From an uncultured Alphaproteobacteria bacterium (lineage in GTDB: Bacteria; Pseudomonadota; Alphaproteobacteria; Rs-D84), in contig CAJOGD010000005.1 in the NCBI GenBank assembly GCA_905233975.1, positions 10,362 to 74,361 on the forward strand: a stretch of DNA of 64,000 nucleotides, read 5' to 3'. The notes beneath the pieces are model-generated. The model had not been told where the DNA came from and searched no databases. It saw only the letters and a program-made list of their open reading frames with translations. Made by a program: the position numbers and the translations under genes. Position 1 is the first letter of the stretch. Each line of letters opens with the position of its first letter. Shown here one piece after another: positions 43,634 to 54,185 of the stretch.

Positions 43634-44809
43634 TTATTGATTCTGTGGGATATAGACATTGATGGTTACCTCTGGTCCCGCCTCAAAGTTTGTCCCATCA
43701 ACCGCACTTTTAAGGAATGTCTGCGATACGGTATCATACATACCAACATCATTGCCATGTTTTGCCGGAATAAGGTTGAATTTTAATACGCCGTCTTCTT
43801 TGGCCCATGCACTTGATATTTTCGCTTTTGCCTTCATTGTGACACTTGAAGAAGTTCGCGCAAACAGCCCCAAATTATAATTTGCCGTCCATACTGTGGT
43901 GTTCGGGGTCGAAGATGTCGCGACCAATGTTCCGTTTAAGTGCATTTTGTTTTGGTCATAGAATGCCTCGTACCATGTATTCAATGACTTAAAGTCCGAT
44001 ATATCGATGATAGATCCGGTGGTTGTATTTCCCCAACCAACGCGATTAAAACTACTTGTTCCATCTACTAATCGCAACACGCCATTATTGGCTGTATTAA
44101 CAGATGGTGTATCAGTCACACCAAACACCGCAGACGCCGTTTCGTTACCATTTTGCCATACGTTGTATTTGACATATAACTGGGTTTTGTTATTTACACG
44201 ATATGGGATCCGCATATATTGTGTCCCGTCGGATTTAATATATTCCAATTCTGTATATCCGTCCGGCAGGGTGTTTCCGACCGTTCCATTATGTATTGTA
44301 TATAGCCAACAAAGGTTGGACACCGGATCGCGGTTGTCTTCCCTACATACGAATTCGCTATCAAGACCATTCTTTAACGCCGCATTAAATGTTTTTGCGT
44401 CAATCAGGTTATCGGATTGTGCAGCATACGATTCGGTTGTTTGATAAATTCCTTTCCGCCCTATTCCACCCGGTTGCCCGGTGTATGTGACGGCGGTGTG
44501 GTCGTTGACCGCGGCGATGTCGTCCTGTTTTTGGTTTAGTTTTGTATTTACACCGCCGACCATTGGTAATGATGTGTCGGACGTGCTGGTGCCCAAATCA
44601 GATTTGACCCCGCGTTTTTGCACGTCCCCGGCCGAATCGGTATATTCCATGACTTTGTTTTGTTCCGCGGTAAATTTATCCTGACGCGTATCAAGTTCGT
44701 GCGTGACGTATTTCAATGACGTTGCGGTTTTCCGATCCGCCGCTTCTTCCGCCACCGCCGGCAATACCGCCGCAATCAACCCGAACACAAACAATTTTTT
44801 CAAATGCAT
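43634..44809 (-). CDS. Secreted fibre/adhesin-like protein, paralog 3
   Basis: Same N-terminal stalk, LPDGYTELEYIKSDGTQY head, YIPQNQ end. Confidence 0.85.
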   Translation of the reverse strand: MHLKKLFVFGLIAAVLPAVAEEAADRKTATSLKYVTHELDTRQDKFTAEQNKVMEYTDSAGDVQKRGVKSDLGTSTSDTSLPMVGGVNTKLNQKQDDIAAVNDHTAVTYTGQPGGIGRKGIYQTTESYAAQSDNLIDAKTFNAALKNGLDSEFVCREDNRDPVSNLCWLYTIHNGTVGNTLPDGYTELEYIKSDGTQYMRIPYRVNNKTQLYVKYNVWQNGNETASAVFGVTDTPSVNTANNGVLRLVDGTSSFNRVGWGNTTTGSIIDISDFKSLNTWYEAFYDQNKMHLNGTLVATSSTPNTTVWTANYNLGLFARTSSSVTMKAKAKISSAWAKEDGVLKFNLIPAKHGNDVGMYDTVSQTFLKSAVDGTNFEAGPEVTINVYIPQNQ

Positions 44810-44832
44810 ATCGCTCTCCTTTTCTTTTTTGT

Positions 44833-44991
44833 CGTCATACCGCCGAAAGGCGGTATCTCCTCAGGCTTTCCTGAGAATTAGTCCGCGACGGTTCCGACGG
44901 GATTCCGGTTTCGCTCGGCTTATTGCCTGCGCGCAAATTTGTAGTTGTTTGAACTTCGCTTACGCTCGTTCTCGCATACAAATTTTCGCCG
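44833..44991. repeat. Composite REP-like element, upstream flank of paralog 3 (direct repeat of 43467-43625)
   Basis: Core matches 95 of 98 nt by manual alignment. Confidence 0.88.
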
Positions 44992-44996
44992 AATCG

Positions 44997-45211
44997 CCGC
45001 AATGGAAACCACGCGGTCGGGGTGTTAGCAAATCATTTGTGTCAAAGATTCCGGTGGCCTTTTGCCAAGGCATTATAACCACAGGCACCCCAACATTGGG
45101 GTAAATCCATAAAACGGTGCAAAACACATGGGAAACCATATGGATACGATGCTTTGCACCGGACACAAATGGGCCTGCTATAGCCCCGAACCAGATTCCC
45201 ATCTGATTCAA
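44997..45211 (-). ncRNA. Conserved structured 5' leader of fibre-family gene 3
   Basis: Homolog of 26160-26371; promoter TTGACC-18-TAGAAT at 45246-45217. Confidence 0.75.
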
Positions 45212-45312
45212 TGTGTATTCTAACAAAAATTGCAAAAACGGGTCAAGGGATTTTTTTATGCGGCGATAAAAAACGGGGCAGACGCCCCGTATAATAACAT
45301 ATTTCAATTATA

Positions 45313-47133
45313 CTATTTTTGCACAAAGTGCACACTGTATTGCGGTTTTTTATCCGCCCCCAATGCGCTGCGTACAACCCGGTTGGCGGCCGTTTGAACC
45401 GCACGAACCAAATTATCGTGAACTTTGCGTTCGGCCTTGGACATGTCATCTATGGCCTTGGTTATTTCAATTTGAATTTGGCGTTTCATAAAACCGGTCG
45501 CGTCGGATTCAAAGATACCCGCACTTGAAACCTCTGGCGTGCCTTTTAGAAATCCGCGTTTATCAATCGGCAACGTAACAAAGATTGCGCCGTTCGATGC
45601 GATTTTTTTCCGATTCTTGTACACCTGGTCATTGGCACTGCGTTCGGTTTCACCCTCCATAACAACAAAGCCCGTTTCAATGGTTTCGCATACGTATGGT
45701 TCGATGCCATCGCCCAGTGCAATCATTTCACCGTTCCGTACCAACATCATGTGCTTTGCACCGCCGCGTTCCATCGCCATTTTCCCGTTCAGCATTTCAT
45801 TTATATAATCACCATGCATCGGGATTGAAACCTGGGGGTGGACCATATCATAGAAACGTTCCATTTCCGGACGGCCGGCGTGGCCACTGGCGTGCACATG
45901 GTCGGTATCGTAAATCGTATGCGTGTGGATTCCCATTTTCGCAAGTTTGTTATACAGGAATGAAACGTCCTGTTCGCGGCCGGGAATAATAATCGCACTG
46001 AACACCACCGTATCGGTCGGCATAAGTTTCATTTCTTTTACCTGGCCACGACATAGACGCGTCAACATTGCGAACTTTTCGCCCTGGGATCCCGTCAGGA
46101 ATATTGCCTGTTTTTCCGCCGGCAAATCCTTGATTTCCGAATACTGATAGACATCGTTTTCTTTCAGGTATTTGAAATCGATTCCCATTTCGCGAAATTC
46201 TGGCAACCCAACATACGGCACCGGATTTGGATTACTGCGTTCCTTGATCGCGGCCATGCGGCCCGTTGCACGTGCGGCCTCTGCAAACATCTTCAGTCGC
46301 GCGATACTGCGTGAATAGCCCGTCACAATAACGCGCCCCGGCGCATCACGCATGATTTGCGTCAATGTGTCGCGAACCTGAGCCTCGGTCGTTTGGGGAT
46401 TTTGACGCGACACCGATGTCGAATCGCATGCGCACGCGATAAGCCGCGGATCCGAACCAATTTCACGCAGGCGTGCGTAATCGGTGCCCGGTTCTATTGG
46501 ATTATCATCATTAAATGTCCAATCGCCGGTGTGCAAAATTTTCCCCGCACCGGTTTTTATGATTAACATCTGCGCTTCGGGGACCGAATGACTTACGTGG
46601 AAAGTTTCAACTTCAAACGGGTCAAGTTTTAATGTCGCGCCCGCCGCATCAAATTCAATAATGTCGCGCTTTGGGTTGAAATCCAGTTCAATACCGCGAA
46701 ACGTTTGACGCAAGATTTCAGCCGGAAACCGCGTGCAATAAATAGGTTTGCGGAACTTTGGCCAAATGTATTTAAGCGCGCCAATGTGGTCTTCGTGTCC
46801 ATGCGTGATTACAAACGCGACAACATCTTTCTTGCGTTTTTCAAGCCACCGCGTGTCACAATATTGCACATCGCCGGCACCGATTTCTTCCTCTAGAAAT
46901 CCCATGCCGCAATCGACAACAATGAATTTTCCCTTGTATTTGTACAAGTACATATTCTGACCGACATGTTCCAATCCGCCAAGCGCCATGAAATAAACCC
47001 TTTCGTCGTTCGCGTCCGATTCCGGCGCAACCTTTTTCTTTTTGGCATTCTGTTCATTGGAAACGTGCACAGATAAATCTTCGTCCGTATCCACATCAAG
47101 ATCCGGTTCAATATATTCGTGTAATTTAACCAT
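45313..47133 (-). CDS. rnj: Ribonuclease J
   Basis: LGGLEHVGQNM, THGHEDHIGA, HSVPE, HTGDW, GSQGE, HASGH, PMHG. Confidence 0.95.
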   Translation of the reverse strand: MVKLHEYIEPDLDVDTDEDLSVHVSNEQNAKKKKVAPESDANDERVYFMALGGLEHVGQNMYLYKYKGKFIVVDCGMGFLEEEIGAGDVQYCDTRWLEKRKKDVVAFVITHGHEDHIGALKYIWPKFRKPIYCTRFPAEILRQTFRGIELDFNPKRDIIEFDAAGATLKLDPFEVETFHVSHSVPEAQMLIIKTGAGKILHTGDWTFNDDNPIEPGTDYARLREIGSDPRLIACACDSTSVSRQNPQTTEAQVRDTLTQIMRDAPGRVIVTGYSRSIARLKMFAEAARATGRMAAIKERSNPNPVPYVGLPEFREMGIDFKYLKENDVYQYSEIKDLPAEKQAIFLTGSQGEKFAMLTRLCRGQVKEMKLMPTDTVVFSAIIIPGREQDVSFLYNKLAKMGIHTHTIYDTDHVHASGHAGRPEMERFYDMVHPQVSIPMHGDYINEMLNGKMAMERGGAKHMMLVRNGEMIALGDGIEPYVCETIETGFVVMEGETERSANDQVYKNRKKIASNGAIFVTLPIDKRGFLKGTPEVSSAGIFESDATGFMKRQIQIEITKAIDDMSKAERKVHDNLVRAVQTAANRVVRSALGADKKPQYSVHFVQK

Positions 47134-47210
47134 ATATAAAATCCTTTATTAAAATTTCAGCAGGGATATTACAGTTTTTTTGTTATAAACACAAGAAAAA
47201 TAGTAGCGAT

Positions 47211-47237
47211 AAAAAACACCCCGCTATTGCGGGGTGT
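47211..47237 (-). terminator. Intrinsic terminator after hup
   Basis: aaaaaa caccccgc tatt gcggggtg. Confidence 0.8.
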
Positions 47238-47257
47238 GCGATAAATCAAACAAATGT

Positions 47258-47530
47258 TTAATTCAAAGCATCTTTCAAAGCCTTGCCAGGTTTAAATTTC
47301 GGCTGAGTAGAGGCCGGAATTTTAATAGCAGCACCCGTTTGCGGGTTGCGGCCAGTTGTGGCTTTGCGCTTTGCGGTTGTGAATGTACCAAAACCGACCA
47401 AACGAACGTCACCCTTCTTTTTCAGAACTTTCGTGACAGTGTTGATAAACGCGTCAAGACACGCCGCAGCGGTTGCTTTGGTGATATCAACTTCGTTTGC
47501 GATTGCTTCGATTAATTGCATTTTGTTCAT
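47258..47530 (-). CDS. hup: DNA-binding protein HU
   Basis: MNK.QLI, VRLVGFGTF, GRNPQTG, PKFKPGK.LKD. Confidence 0.96.
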   Translation of the reverse strand: MNKMQLIEAIANEVDITKATAAACLDAFINTVTKVLKKKGDVRLVGFGTFTTAKRKATTGRNPQTGAAIKIPASTQPKFKPGKALKDALN

Positions 47531-47742
47531 TTGTTTTCTCCTTTCATAAATTTATTTAAGGTGTCCAACGTTCCGTTGGCAATGCCCATGAAAATCGTTG
47601 CATTTACGCCAATTATCAAATTCACCCAAACGCAACCAAGCAATTTTCAAGGGCATTGCCCGAAACGCCTAAACGAATCGTAGAGAATTCCGGGTTTCAA
47701 GTCAAGATGTATTTGCAAATTCGTGAATTTTTTTATTTTCGG

Positions 47743-48222
47743 CTATTTCGCATGAACAAGATTGGTATTAACCGCAACCGCATCGGCCGATGAATTTTCG
47801 CACAAAACCCAATCACCTGGCTTGTTCGTGACGCTTACTTCGCGATATTTATTCGGCGTGTTAAAAACCAGTATCATTATAACACCCGCCCAGAAAAGCA
47901 ACTTGGTAAAGGCCCATGGGGTTGAAAAATCTTCACGTTTAAAAGAATCTTTTAATAAATTCTGGTACAAGGCCCAGCCCCAAACAAAGGCCAATATTAT
48001 TGCCGCAAAGAAAAATCCAATTGTTATATATTTGTAAAACTGACCAAAACCGGTGGCAAGTGATGTCCACAAACTACTTTCGGCCGGACATATAAATAAC
48101 GCCCGCCCCTGCATGTCCGCCGGGATATTTATCACCGTATCGGGCCCCAATGAAAAATCAAACGCCGCCATCAAAACAATGATGGTTAGAAACGTTATCA
48201 CCGAAACCATTGACTTTTTCAT
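47743..48222 (-). CDS. Hypothetical membrane protein
   Basis: Three hydrophobic segments; start placed at the ATG after AAGGA. Confidence 0.7.
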   Translation of the reverse strand: MKKSMVSVITFLTIIVLMAAFDFSLGPDTVINIPADMQGRALFICPAESSLWTSLATGFGQFYKYITIGFFFAAIILAFVWGWALYQNLLKDSFKREDFSTPWAFTKLLFWAGVIMILVFNTPNKYREVSVTNKPGDWVLCENSSADAVAVNTNLVHAK

Positions 48223-48308
48223 TTGCGGATTTTTCCTTTGGGTCATGTTATTATATCATAAAAAACTAACTAATTGCAATTTTAGAAAGTTTTATTTAGA
48301 ATAATTTT

Positions 48309-49118
48309 ATGTTTAGCAAAAAACAAAATCTTGTTATTGCAATTACCACATATGATATTGATGCATTACGGATATCTGTCCCGCCCATGCGACGCTGTGC
48401 GCGTGACGCGACATTGGTTATATATAATGATAATCCGGACGCGGAACTTTCGCGCGCGATGGTTCGAAAACTTGGGTGGCGAGGGGCGTTGTATATAAAA
48501 AATTGTGAACGGAATCTTGGCGAATTCGAATCAAGAATTGCAACTTTGGAATATATCGGGCATGAAAAAATTCCATGTGATTGGGTTTTATTCGTTGATG
48601 ATGATGACGCACTGATTGATGCGGAAATTCCACGTGTTTCTGAATTAACGTTTGCGATTATTCAAAATGCAACGACCGTTTCGGAAAAACTGACCGATAT
48701 TTTCAAGATAACACCAAGATGGGTTGATGGGACCGAATATGGAAAAACGGGACCACATTTTGACATTACCGGAACACTGGTACGATATAATGCGGCGGTG
48801 GAATTTGCGGGATTTATGCGTTCTGTGTTGCCCGACATGGTAAAAATGGCACATGGGTTCAGGTATCGTGTCCCGGTCGGTGCAATAATGTGGGCGGGGC
48901 TTAATACGTTTATGCGGGCGCACCACCCGGAAATGTCCGCGATTTATATGAACCGCACCAATTATGTTTCTATCAAACTTGGGCATGCACAGAAAAAGTA
49001 TGGTATGCGGACTGTGCCGGCAACGTCCGCCCGCGTTTTTAATGCGAATGTTATTAAAAAATTTACCGAAATGTTTGAATCCGCCGCGGTGCAAAATATG
49101 GTTGCGGACGCACAATAA
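48309..49118 (+). CDS. GT-A fold (GT2-like) glycosyltransferase
   Basis: VIAITTY, IYNDN, NLGEFESR, WVLFVDDDD. Confidence 0.7.
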   Translation: MFSKKQNLVIAITTYDIDALRISVPPMRRCARDATLVIYNDNPDAELSRAMVRKLGWRGALYIKNCERNLGEFESRIATLEYIGHEKIPCDWVLFVDDDDALIDAEIPRVSELTFAIIQNATTVSEKLTDIFKITPRWVDGTEYGKTGPHFDITGTLVRYNAAVEFAGFMRSVLPDMVKMAHGFRYRVPVGAIMWAGLNTFMRAHHPEMSAIYMNRTNYVSIKLGHAQKKYGMRTVPATSARVFNANVIKKFTEMFESAAVQNMVADAQ

Positions 49119-49158
49119 TGTTCCTATAATCTTGCCATAATAAAAAAGGAAAATCGCC

Positions 49159-51234
49159 ATGACATACAATGAAATTAGAAAAGTTTTTTTGGATTATTTT
49201 GAATCACATGGACACAAGATTGTTCCATCTGCGTCGCTTATACCAAACGATCCGACGTTGCTTTTTACCGTTGCGGGCATGGTTCCATGGAAGGGAATAT
49301 TGCAAGGGCTTGAGCCCGCGCCGGCACCGCGCGTGGCCGATGTGCAAAAGTGCATTCGCGCGGGCGGCAAACATAATGATTTGGAAGATGTTGGCTTTGA
49401 CGGTCGGCATCATACGTTCTTTGAAATGATGGGGAATTGGTCGTTTGGCGATTATTTTAAAGAGGGCGCAATCGAAATGTCATGGGATTTATTGACGCGC
49501 GTTATTGGAATCGATCCAAATCGTCTTGTCGTGACAACGCATATTTCGGATGACGAGGCGACCGCGATTTGGCGGCGTGTCGCAAACAAAGAAGCAATCC
49601 GTTTGGACAAAGACAACTGGTGGTCGGCGGGCGATACCGGTCCATGTGGCCCCTGCAGTGAGATTTACTATGACTTTGGCGCGGATATTCCGGGGGGGCT
49701 TCCCGGGACACCGGACGAAGAAGGCGGGCGTTTCGTTGAAATCTGGAACGATGTTTTCATGCAATATGACCGCGATGCGAATGGGAATTTAACAAACCTG
49801 CCAAAGCAAAATGTTGATACGGGCGCGGGGTTGGAACGCTGGGCCGCGATGCTGCAGGGAAAATTTGATAACTATGACACCGATTTGTTTGTGAACCTTA
49901 AACGCGCGGTAAGTGACGTGACCGGCGTGCGTGAGACAGATGAAAATAAAACCAGTTTCAAAGTAATCACTGACCATTTGCGTTCTGTGGGCTTTGCGAT
50001 TGCCGATGGTGTTATCCCGTCGAACACTGACCGCGGTTATGTGATTCGCCGTATTTTGCGTCGTGCGATGCGCCATGGGCAAATGCTTGGGCATTCGGGT
50101 GCGTTGCTATCGAAACTTTACCCGGCGTTGGTGGATCAGATGGGCGAAAACTATCCAGAACTTGCCAAAAACCAGGCACACGTTGTTGAAATTATAACGA
50201 ATGAAGAAAACGCCTTTGCCGATATGTTAAACAACGGCATGAAGTTATTGGACAATGAATTGCCAAAACTTTCTGGCAAAACATTGCCGGGCGCGGTGGC
50301 ATTCAAACTGTTTGACACGTATGGTTTTCCGCTTGATTTGACCCAGATGATTTTGCGGGAACGCGGCATTGATGTTGACGTTGCGGGATTCGAATCTGAA
50401 ATGGCGGCACAAAAAGAACGCAGTCGGGCCGACACGCGCGGAACAAAAACACTTTGGGAATCGCGCACCGATGTTGCGGCGACGGATGATTCGGCAAAGT
50501 ATGCACCAATTGCGGATATGCAATCGCGCGTCTTGGCGATACTGCGCGGCGAAGAATTTGTGGACACCGCGACCGACGGCGATGTGGTAGAGGTTGCATT
50601 GGATAAAACAAATTTCTATGGCACCCAGGGCGGCCAGGTTGGCGACAGTGGTAAATTGAAAATCGGCGACAATATCGTTTTGGATGTGACGGACACCGCA
50701 CGTGCGAATAATATTGTTCTGCATCGCGGAACCGTCGTCGGGAAGATTTCCGTTGGGGATACAGTAACCCCGGTTATAAACCCGGACGTTCGGGCGCAAA
50801 CGGCGCGCGCACATACCGCGACCCATTTACTCCAGGCGGCGTTGCGTCGTGTTTTGAATACCGATGTGGAACAGCGCGGATCCAAGGTTGCGCCGGATTC
50901 TGTGCGTTTTGACTTTTCGTTCGGTCGCGCAATGACGACGGAAGAAAAAACGGCGGTTGAAGATTTGGTGAACGAATGGATTGCCGCGGATATGCCAGTC
51001 ACGCACGAAGAAATGCCAATCGACGCGGCAAAAAAACGCGGGGCGATGGCACTGTTTGGTGAAAAATACGGCGATGTTGTTCGCGTAATAACGGCGGGCG
51101 ATGTATCGTGCGAACTGTGCGGTGGAACACACATAAATCATACCGGCGAAATTATTCGTGCAAAAATAAACAAGGAAAAATCCATCAGCAGCGGTATCCG
51201 CCGGATAACCATGTCCGTCGGCGCCTTGGCCTAG
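49159..51234 (+). CDS. alaS: Alanyl-tRNA synthetase lacking the C-Ala domain
   Basis: DPTLLFTVAGM, RHHTFFEMMGNWSFGDYFK, DTGAGLER, editing motifs HTATH and CGGTH; ends after SGIRRI at 691 aa. Confidence 0.95.
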   Translation: MTYNEIRKVFLDYFESHGHKIVPSASLIPNDPTLLFTVAGMVPWKGILQGLEPAPAPRVADVQKCIRAGGKHNDLEDVGFDGRHHTFFEMMGNWSFGDYFKEGAIEMSWDLLTRVIGIDPNRLVVTTHISDDEATAIWRRVANKEAIRLDKDNWWSAGDTGPCGPCSEIYYDFGADIPGGLPGTPDEEGGRFVEIWNDVFMQYDRDANGNLTNLPKQNVDTGAGLERWAAMLQGKFDNYDTDLFVNLKRAVSDVTGVRETDENKTSFKVITDHLRSVGFAIADGVIPSNTDRGYVIRRILRRAMRHGQMLGHSGALLSKLYPALVDQMGENYPELAKNQAHVVEIITNEENAFADMLNNGMKLLDNELPKLSGKTLPGAVAFKLFDTYGFPLDLTQMILRERGIDVDVAGFESEMAAQKERSRADTRGTKTLWESRTDVAATDDSAKYAPIADMQSRVLAILRGEEFVDTATDGDVVEVALDKTNFYGTQGGQVGDSGKLKIGDNIVLDVTDTARANNIVLHRGTVVGKISVGDTVTPVINPDVRAQTARAHTATHLLQAALRRVLNTDVEQRGSKVAPDSVRFDFSFGRAMTTEEKTAVEDLVNEWIAADMPVTHEEMPIDAAKKRGAMALFGEKYGDVVRVITAGDVSCELCGGTHINHTGEIIRAKINKEKSISSGIRRITMSVGALA

Positions 51235-51330
51235 GCGTTCAGTGTTAGTGTAAGTGGTTAGTGGTCAGCCGGTTGTTTTGGCCCCCAAATACAACTTGAC
51301 AATCTGTATTTTTGTGTTATTCATATTAGT

Positions 51331-52401
51331 ATGAATAAAACCGAACTATCTATTATTATCCCTGTCTATAACGGCCAAAGTTATATTAGGCGCTGCGTGA
51401 AAAGCATTATGCAACAGCAGGATGCAGACAAATACGAAATGATTATCGTTGATGATTGTTCAACCGATAATACCCTAAAAATTGCAAATTCCATCGCACA
51501 AAAATACAAAAACATTCGTGTTATACCTCATAAGAAAAACACCGGCGTTTCTGGGGCGCGCAATACTGGAATCGCGGCGGCGACCGGAAAATATGTGACC
51601 TTTGTTGATGCCGACGATTGGGTAGGGGCAGATTTATCCACAATTAGTGAATGTTTTGATGAAGGCCAAAGTTTTCCGATTGGGAAATTAAACAATTTTT
51701 TTCTGATAACCCCGGAACCCATAGAACTATCCGTATCACATTTTGACGACAAATATTTTGTGAACATGTTGCGCATTGCATACGATACAGATGCCGATGT
51801 TGTCCTTGGTGGCCGGATCGCCGTAAGTGACAAACATATCATAAGACGATACTTTTATGATTCTGTAATTGTTCGCGGCACCGATACAGATGACAAATGC
51901 GAACTATTGGTAGAGGCAGACCAACGAGAATTCGCGAACTCTGCACTATATAGTCATGATATGCTAAATGCGCACGATTTGCGTTTCATGGTAAATATGG
52001 ATTTAGACGAAGATATTTTATTCTGTATGCTTGCACTGTTGTATGCGAAAAAGGTTGCGACCGCACCAGACGTCACTTATTTTTACGACAATCATTCGGG
52101 AACATTATCCAATATACGCGATGACCGCATTTGTGCCGCCAAAACCAGACTTGCACAAGTTAAAAAATATGCCGTCTTGTTAAATACAATTGCGGAAGAA
52201 ATGTCGCAATATATGAATCCAAAAGTTTTTGGATATCAGATCCCACTTTACACTCGTCACGCAAGAACCAAAAACTTCGATTGTCTTGGCTACGCTTGCG
52301 TACAAAATGACTGCACCAACTGTCCTGTGGCAAGTGATATTTTGGCACACTGTAGAGGAAACATTCAAAGATATGGTCTTAATCGTTCCGGACGAATGTA
52401 A
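51331..52401 (+). CDS. Glycosyltransferase family 2
   Basis: SIIIPVYN, VDDCSTD, GVSGARNTG, FVDADD, EDILF. Confidence 0.92.
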   Translation: MNKTELSIIIPVYNGQSYIRRCVKSIMQQQDADKYEMIIVDDCSTDNTLKIANSIAQKYKNIRVIPHKKNTGVSGARNTGIAAATGKYVTFVDADDWVGADLSTISECFDEGQSFPIGKLNNFFLITPEPIELSVSHFDDKYFVNMLRIAYDTDADVVLGGRIAVSDKHIIRRYFYDSVIVRGTDTDDKCELLVEADQREFANSALYSHDMLNAHDLRFMVNMDLDEDILFCMLALLYAKKVATAPDVTYFYDNHSGTLSNIRDDRICAAKTRLAQVKKYAVLLNTIAEEMSQYMNPKVFGYQIPLYTRHARTKNFDCLGYACVQNDCTNCPVASDILAHCRGNIQRYGLNRSGRM

Positions 52402-53005
52402 ATACAGGATATTCGGCGTTTGATTTTTCAAGCAATTTATTCGCGACATCCGGCAATTTGATTAAAACCTTGCTAAACGACGGAATCGTGATTTCGGTAT
52501 TAAATACAGGGCTTTCATTAACAAACGCCAAGCCGGGCCGTATCACAAAATCCGTCATGCCATCATTTGTCAGCGAAAATTCAATTGATGAAATTTCTAT
52601 GCGTTCATCAAAAACCGAATCCGAAACCAACATCGACGCAAAACTATCCGATGTCCGCAGCGACAAAGTATCGTCCGCCACATAGAAATATATTCCGTTT
52701 TCGACCGGAATTGGTTTAGATAAATCATGGACTATCGCGATTGGCAAAGAAAAATTCGCATAGTCGTTAAAGCCATCTGTGGAACCACACTTATTAAAAT
52801 GCGCGGCAATTTTGCGCTTTTCAAATGCGGTCTGAATTTCCGCAATCGAATCTTCATCGCAAGACATAACATACACACGCACATCAACCATCAGGGCCTT
52901 GTTCGCATCCGACAAAATATCTGACACATTCAATATCGCACTTAATTTAACCGTACACGCAACCAGCGCAAAGATGGCAATAAAAACACCAATGATTTTT
53001 TTCAT
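52379..53005 (-). CDS. Hypothetical lipoprotein
   Basis: Lipobox LVAC, GGAG RBS. Confidence 0.78.
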   Translation of the reverse strand: MKKIIGVFIAIFALVACTVKLSAILNVSDILSDANKALMVDVRVYVMSCDEDSIAEIQTAFEKRKIAAHFNKCGSTDGFNDYANFSLPIAIVHDLSKPIPVENGIYFYVADDTLSLRTSDSFASMLVSDSVFDERIEISSIEFSLTNDGMTDFVIRPGLAFVNESPVFNTEITIPSFSKVLIKLPDVANKLLEKSNAEYPVFTFVRND

Positions 53006-53061
53006 ATATTCTCCTTTCCTTGCCCATCAGTGTATTAAAAAACGAAATATAAAATCAATAG

Positions 53062-53086
53062 AAAAAACCACCAAACGGTGGTTTTT
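53062..53086 (-). terminator. Original tRNA-Gly terminator displaced by the island
   Basis: aaaaaaccacc aaac ggtggttttt just beyond the duplicated tRNA 3' end. Confidence 0.7.
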
Positions 53087-53094
53087 AAAATTTG

Positions 53095-53111
53095 TGGTGC
53101 GAGCAAAGGGG
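53095..53111 (-). repeat. att site: duplicated 3' end of tRNA-Gly
   Basis: tggtgcgagcaaagggg identical to 62948-62964 (17 bp). Confidence 0.92.
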
Positions 53112-53693
53112 AACATACCATATTTCCGTCCTGCCCCAGAAAACTAACATTTTTGCTAATTTTCAGCACCTAAATTCGTCAAAATGTCATACACTTTGTA
53201 TCACACTTTCTTGTTAATCTGATTATAATCCATTTTTTTAATAATGTAAACGGGTTTTTATGGTCGGGTAACCATTTTTACGTCTTTGTGGTCAAAAAAC
53301 ACATCCAATTTATAATTTTTTATCAACAAAGGTCTAAAAATTACGATTCTGGTATCATAATACCATAAAAATCAAAAAAAATGCAAAAAAATGACATTTA
53401 CAAAGTCGAAGAAGCCGAAAAAAAATAAAAAAAATAGTTCTATATAATATAGGGTGATTATTTTTACCTTATAAACGTAACCTATTTTTTATAGCCCCAA
53501 AAGCCACCATTTTTGGTCAAAACCAAATAATATCGAAAAATAAACCATACACGGATTTCAACCAGAAAATGTCAGTGTGATTATTTTTGTCGGTTTTTAA
53601 CATTTGGACCCTTTATGACGGCTTTTGGATTCCAATTAACATTTTCGGTCAGAAAACAACAAAACGACCGAATTTAAGTCAAAGGTATTAAAC

Positions 53694-54185
53694 ATGAGTA
53701 ATTATTTTGATGCAATTATATTTGCAAGTCAAAATCCCTGTTTCCCTGGGGATGAAAACGATACGTTAACACCTCAATTATTTAGAACTGCAAAATATTG
53801 TTTTGATAAGGATCTGGTAATTATAAAAACATTTTTAGAATGCAATCCATTGGATGATGATAAAACATTCTATCACATGATAAATTATATAAACAGTTTA
53901 CATCAATCCGTTGCAGTTGTATTTGATAGTGCTGAACAGTTGCCAACACATGATTTTGGTAAAATAGTTATATTGGATTTTATGCTGGATACGACCACAA
54001 TTGAAATACATTTGGTCAAAGAAAACGTGGCTTTGATAGACACACACAAACAATGTGAATTGAATCTGTGGTCAAAATATACCCACACAAACCCCAAACG
54101 AATGAAAAGTATTCGTGATGGCATAGACCTTTATAAAGAACTAAGATTAAATACGGATTATGGTTTACGTACCAATCTTGTCTAA
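53694..54185 (+). CDS. Degenerate serine-recombinase (resolvase-domain)-like protein
   Basis: FYHMINYI...AVVFDSAEQL...IEIHLVKEN resembles a resolvase catalytic domain; catalytic Y.R.S motif not evident. Confidence 0.4.
   Translation: MSNYFDAIIFASQNPCFPGDENDTLTPQLFRTAKYCFDKDLVIIKTFLECNPLDDDKTFYHMINYINSLHQSVAVVFDSAEQLPTHDFGKIVILDFMLDTTTIEIHLVKENVALIDTHKQCELNLWSKYTHTNPKRMKSIRDGIDLYKELRLNTDYGLRTNLV

Noticed and set aside
43358..45307. ORFs sharing the peptide RRDSGFARL.ACAQICSCLNFAYARS
   Set aside because: Translations of the non-coding direct repeat, overlapping real genes on the other strand
47743..48222. VirB2/pilin-like call for the membrane protein
   Set aside because: Only the hydrophobic pattern is similar; no diagnostic motif or secretion-gene context
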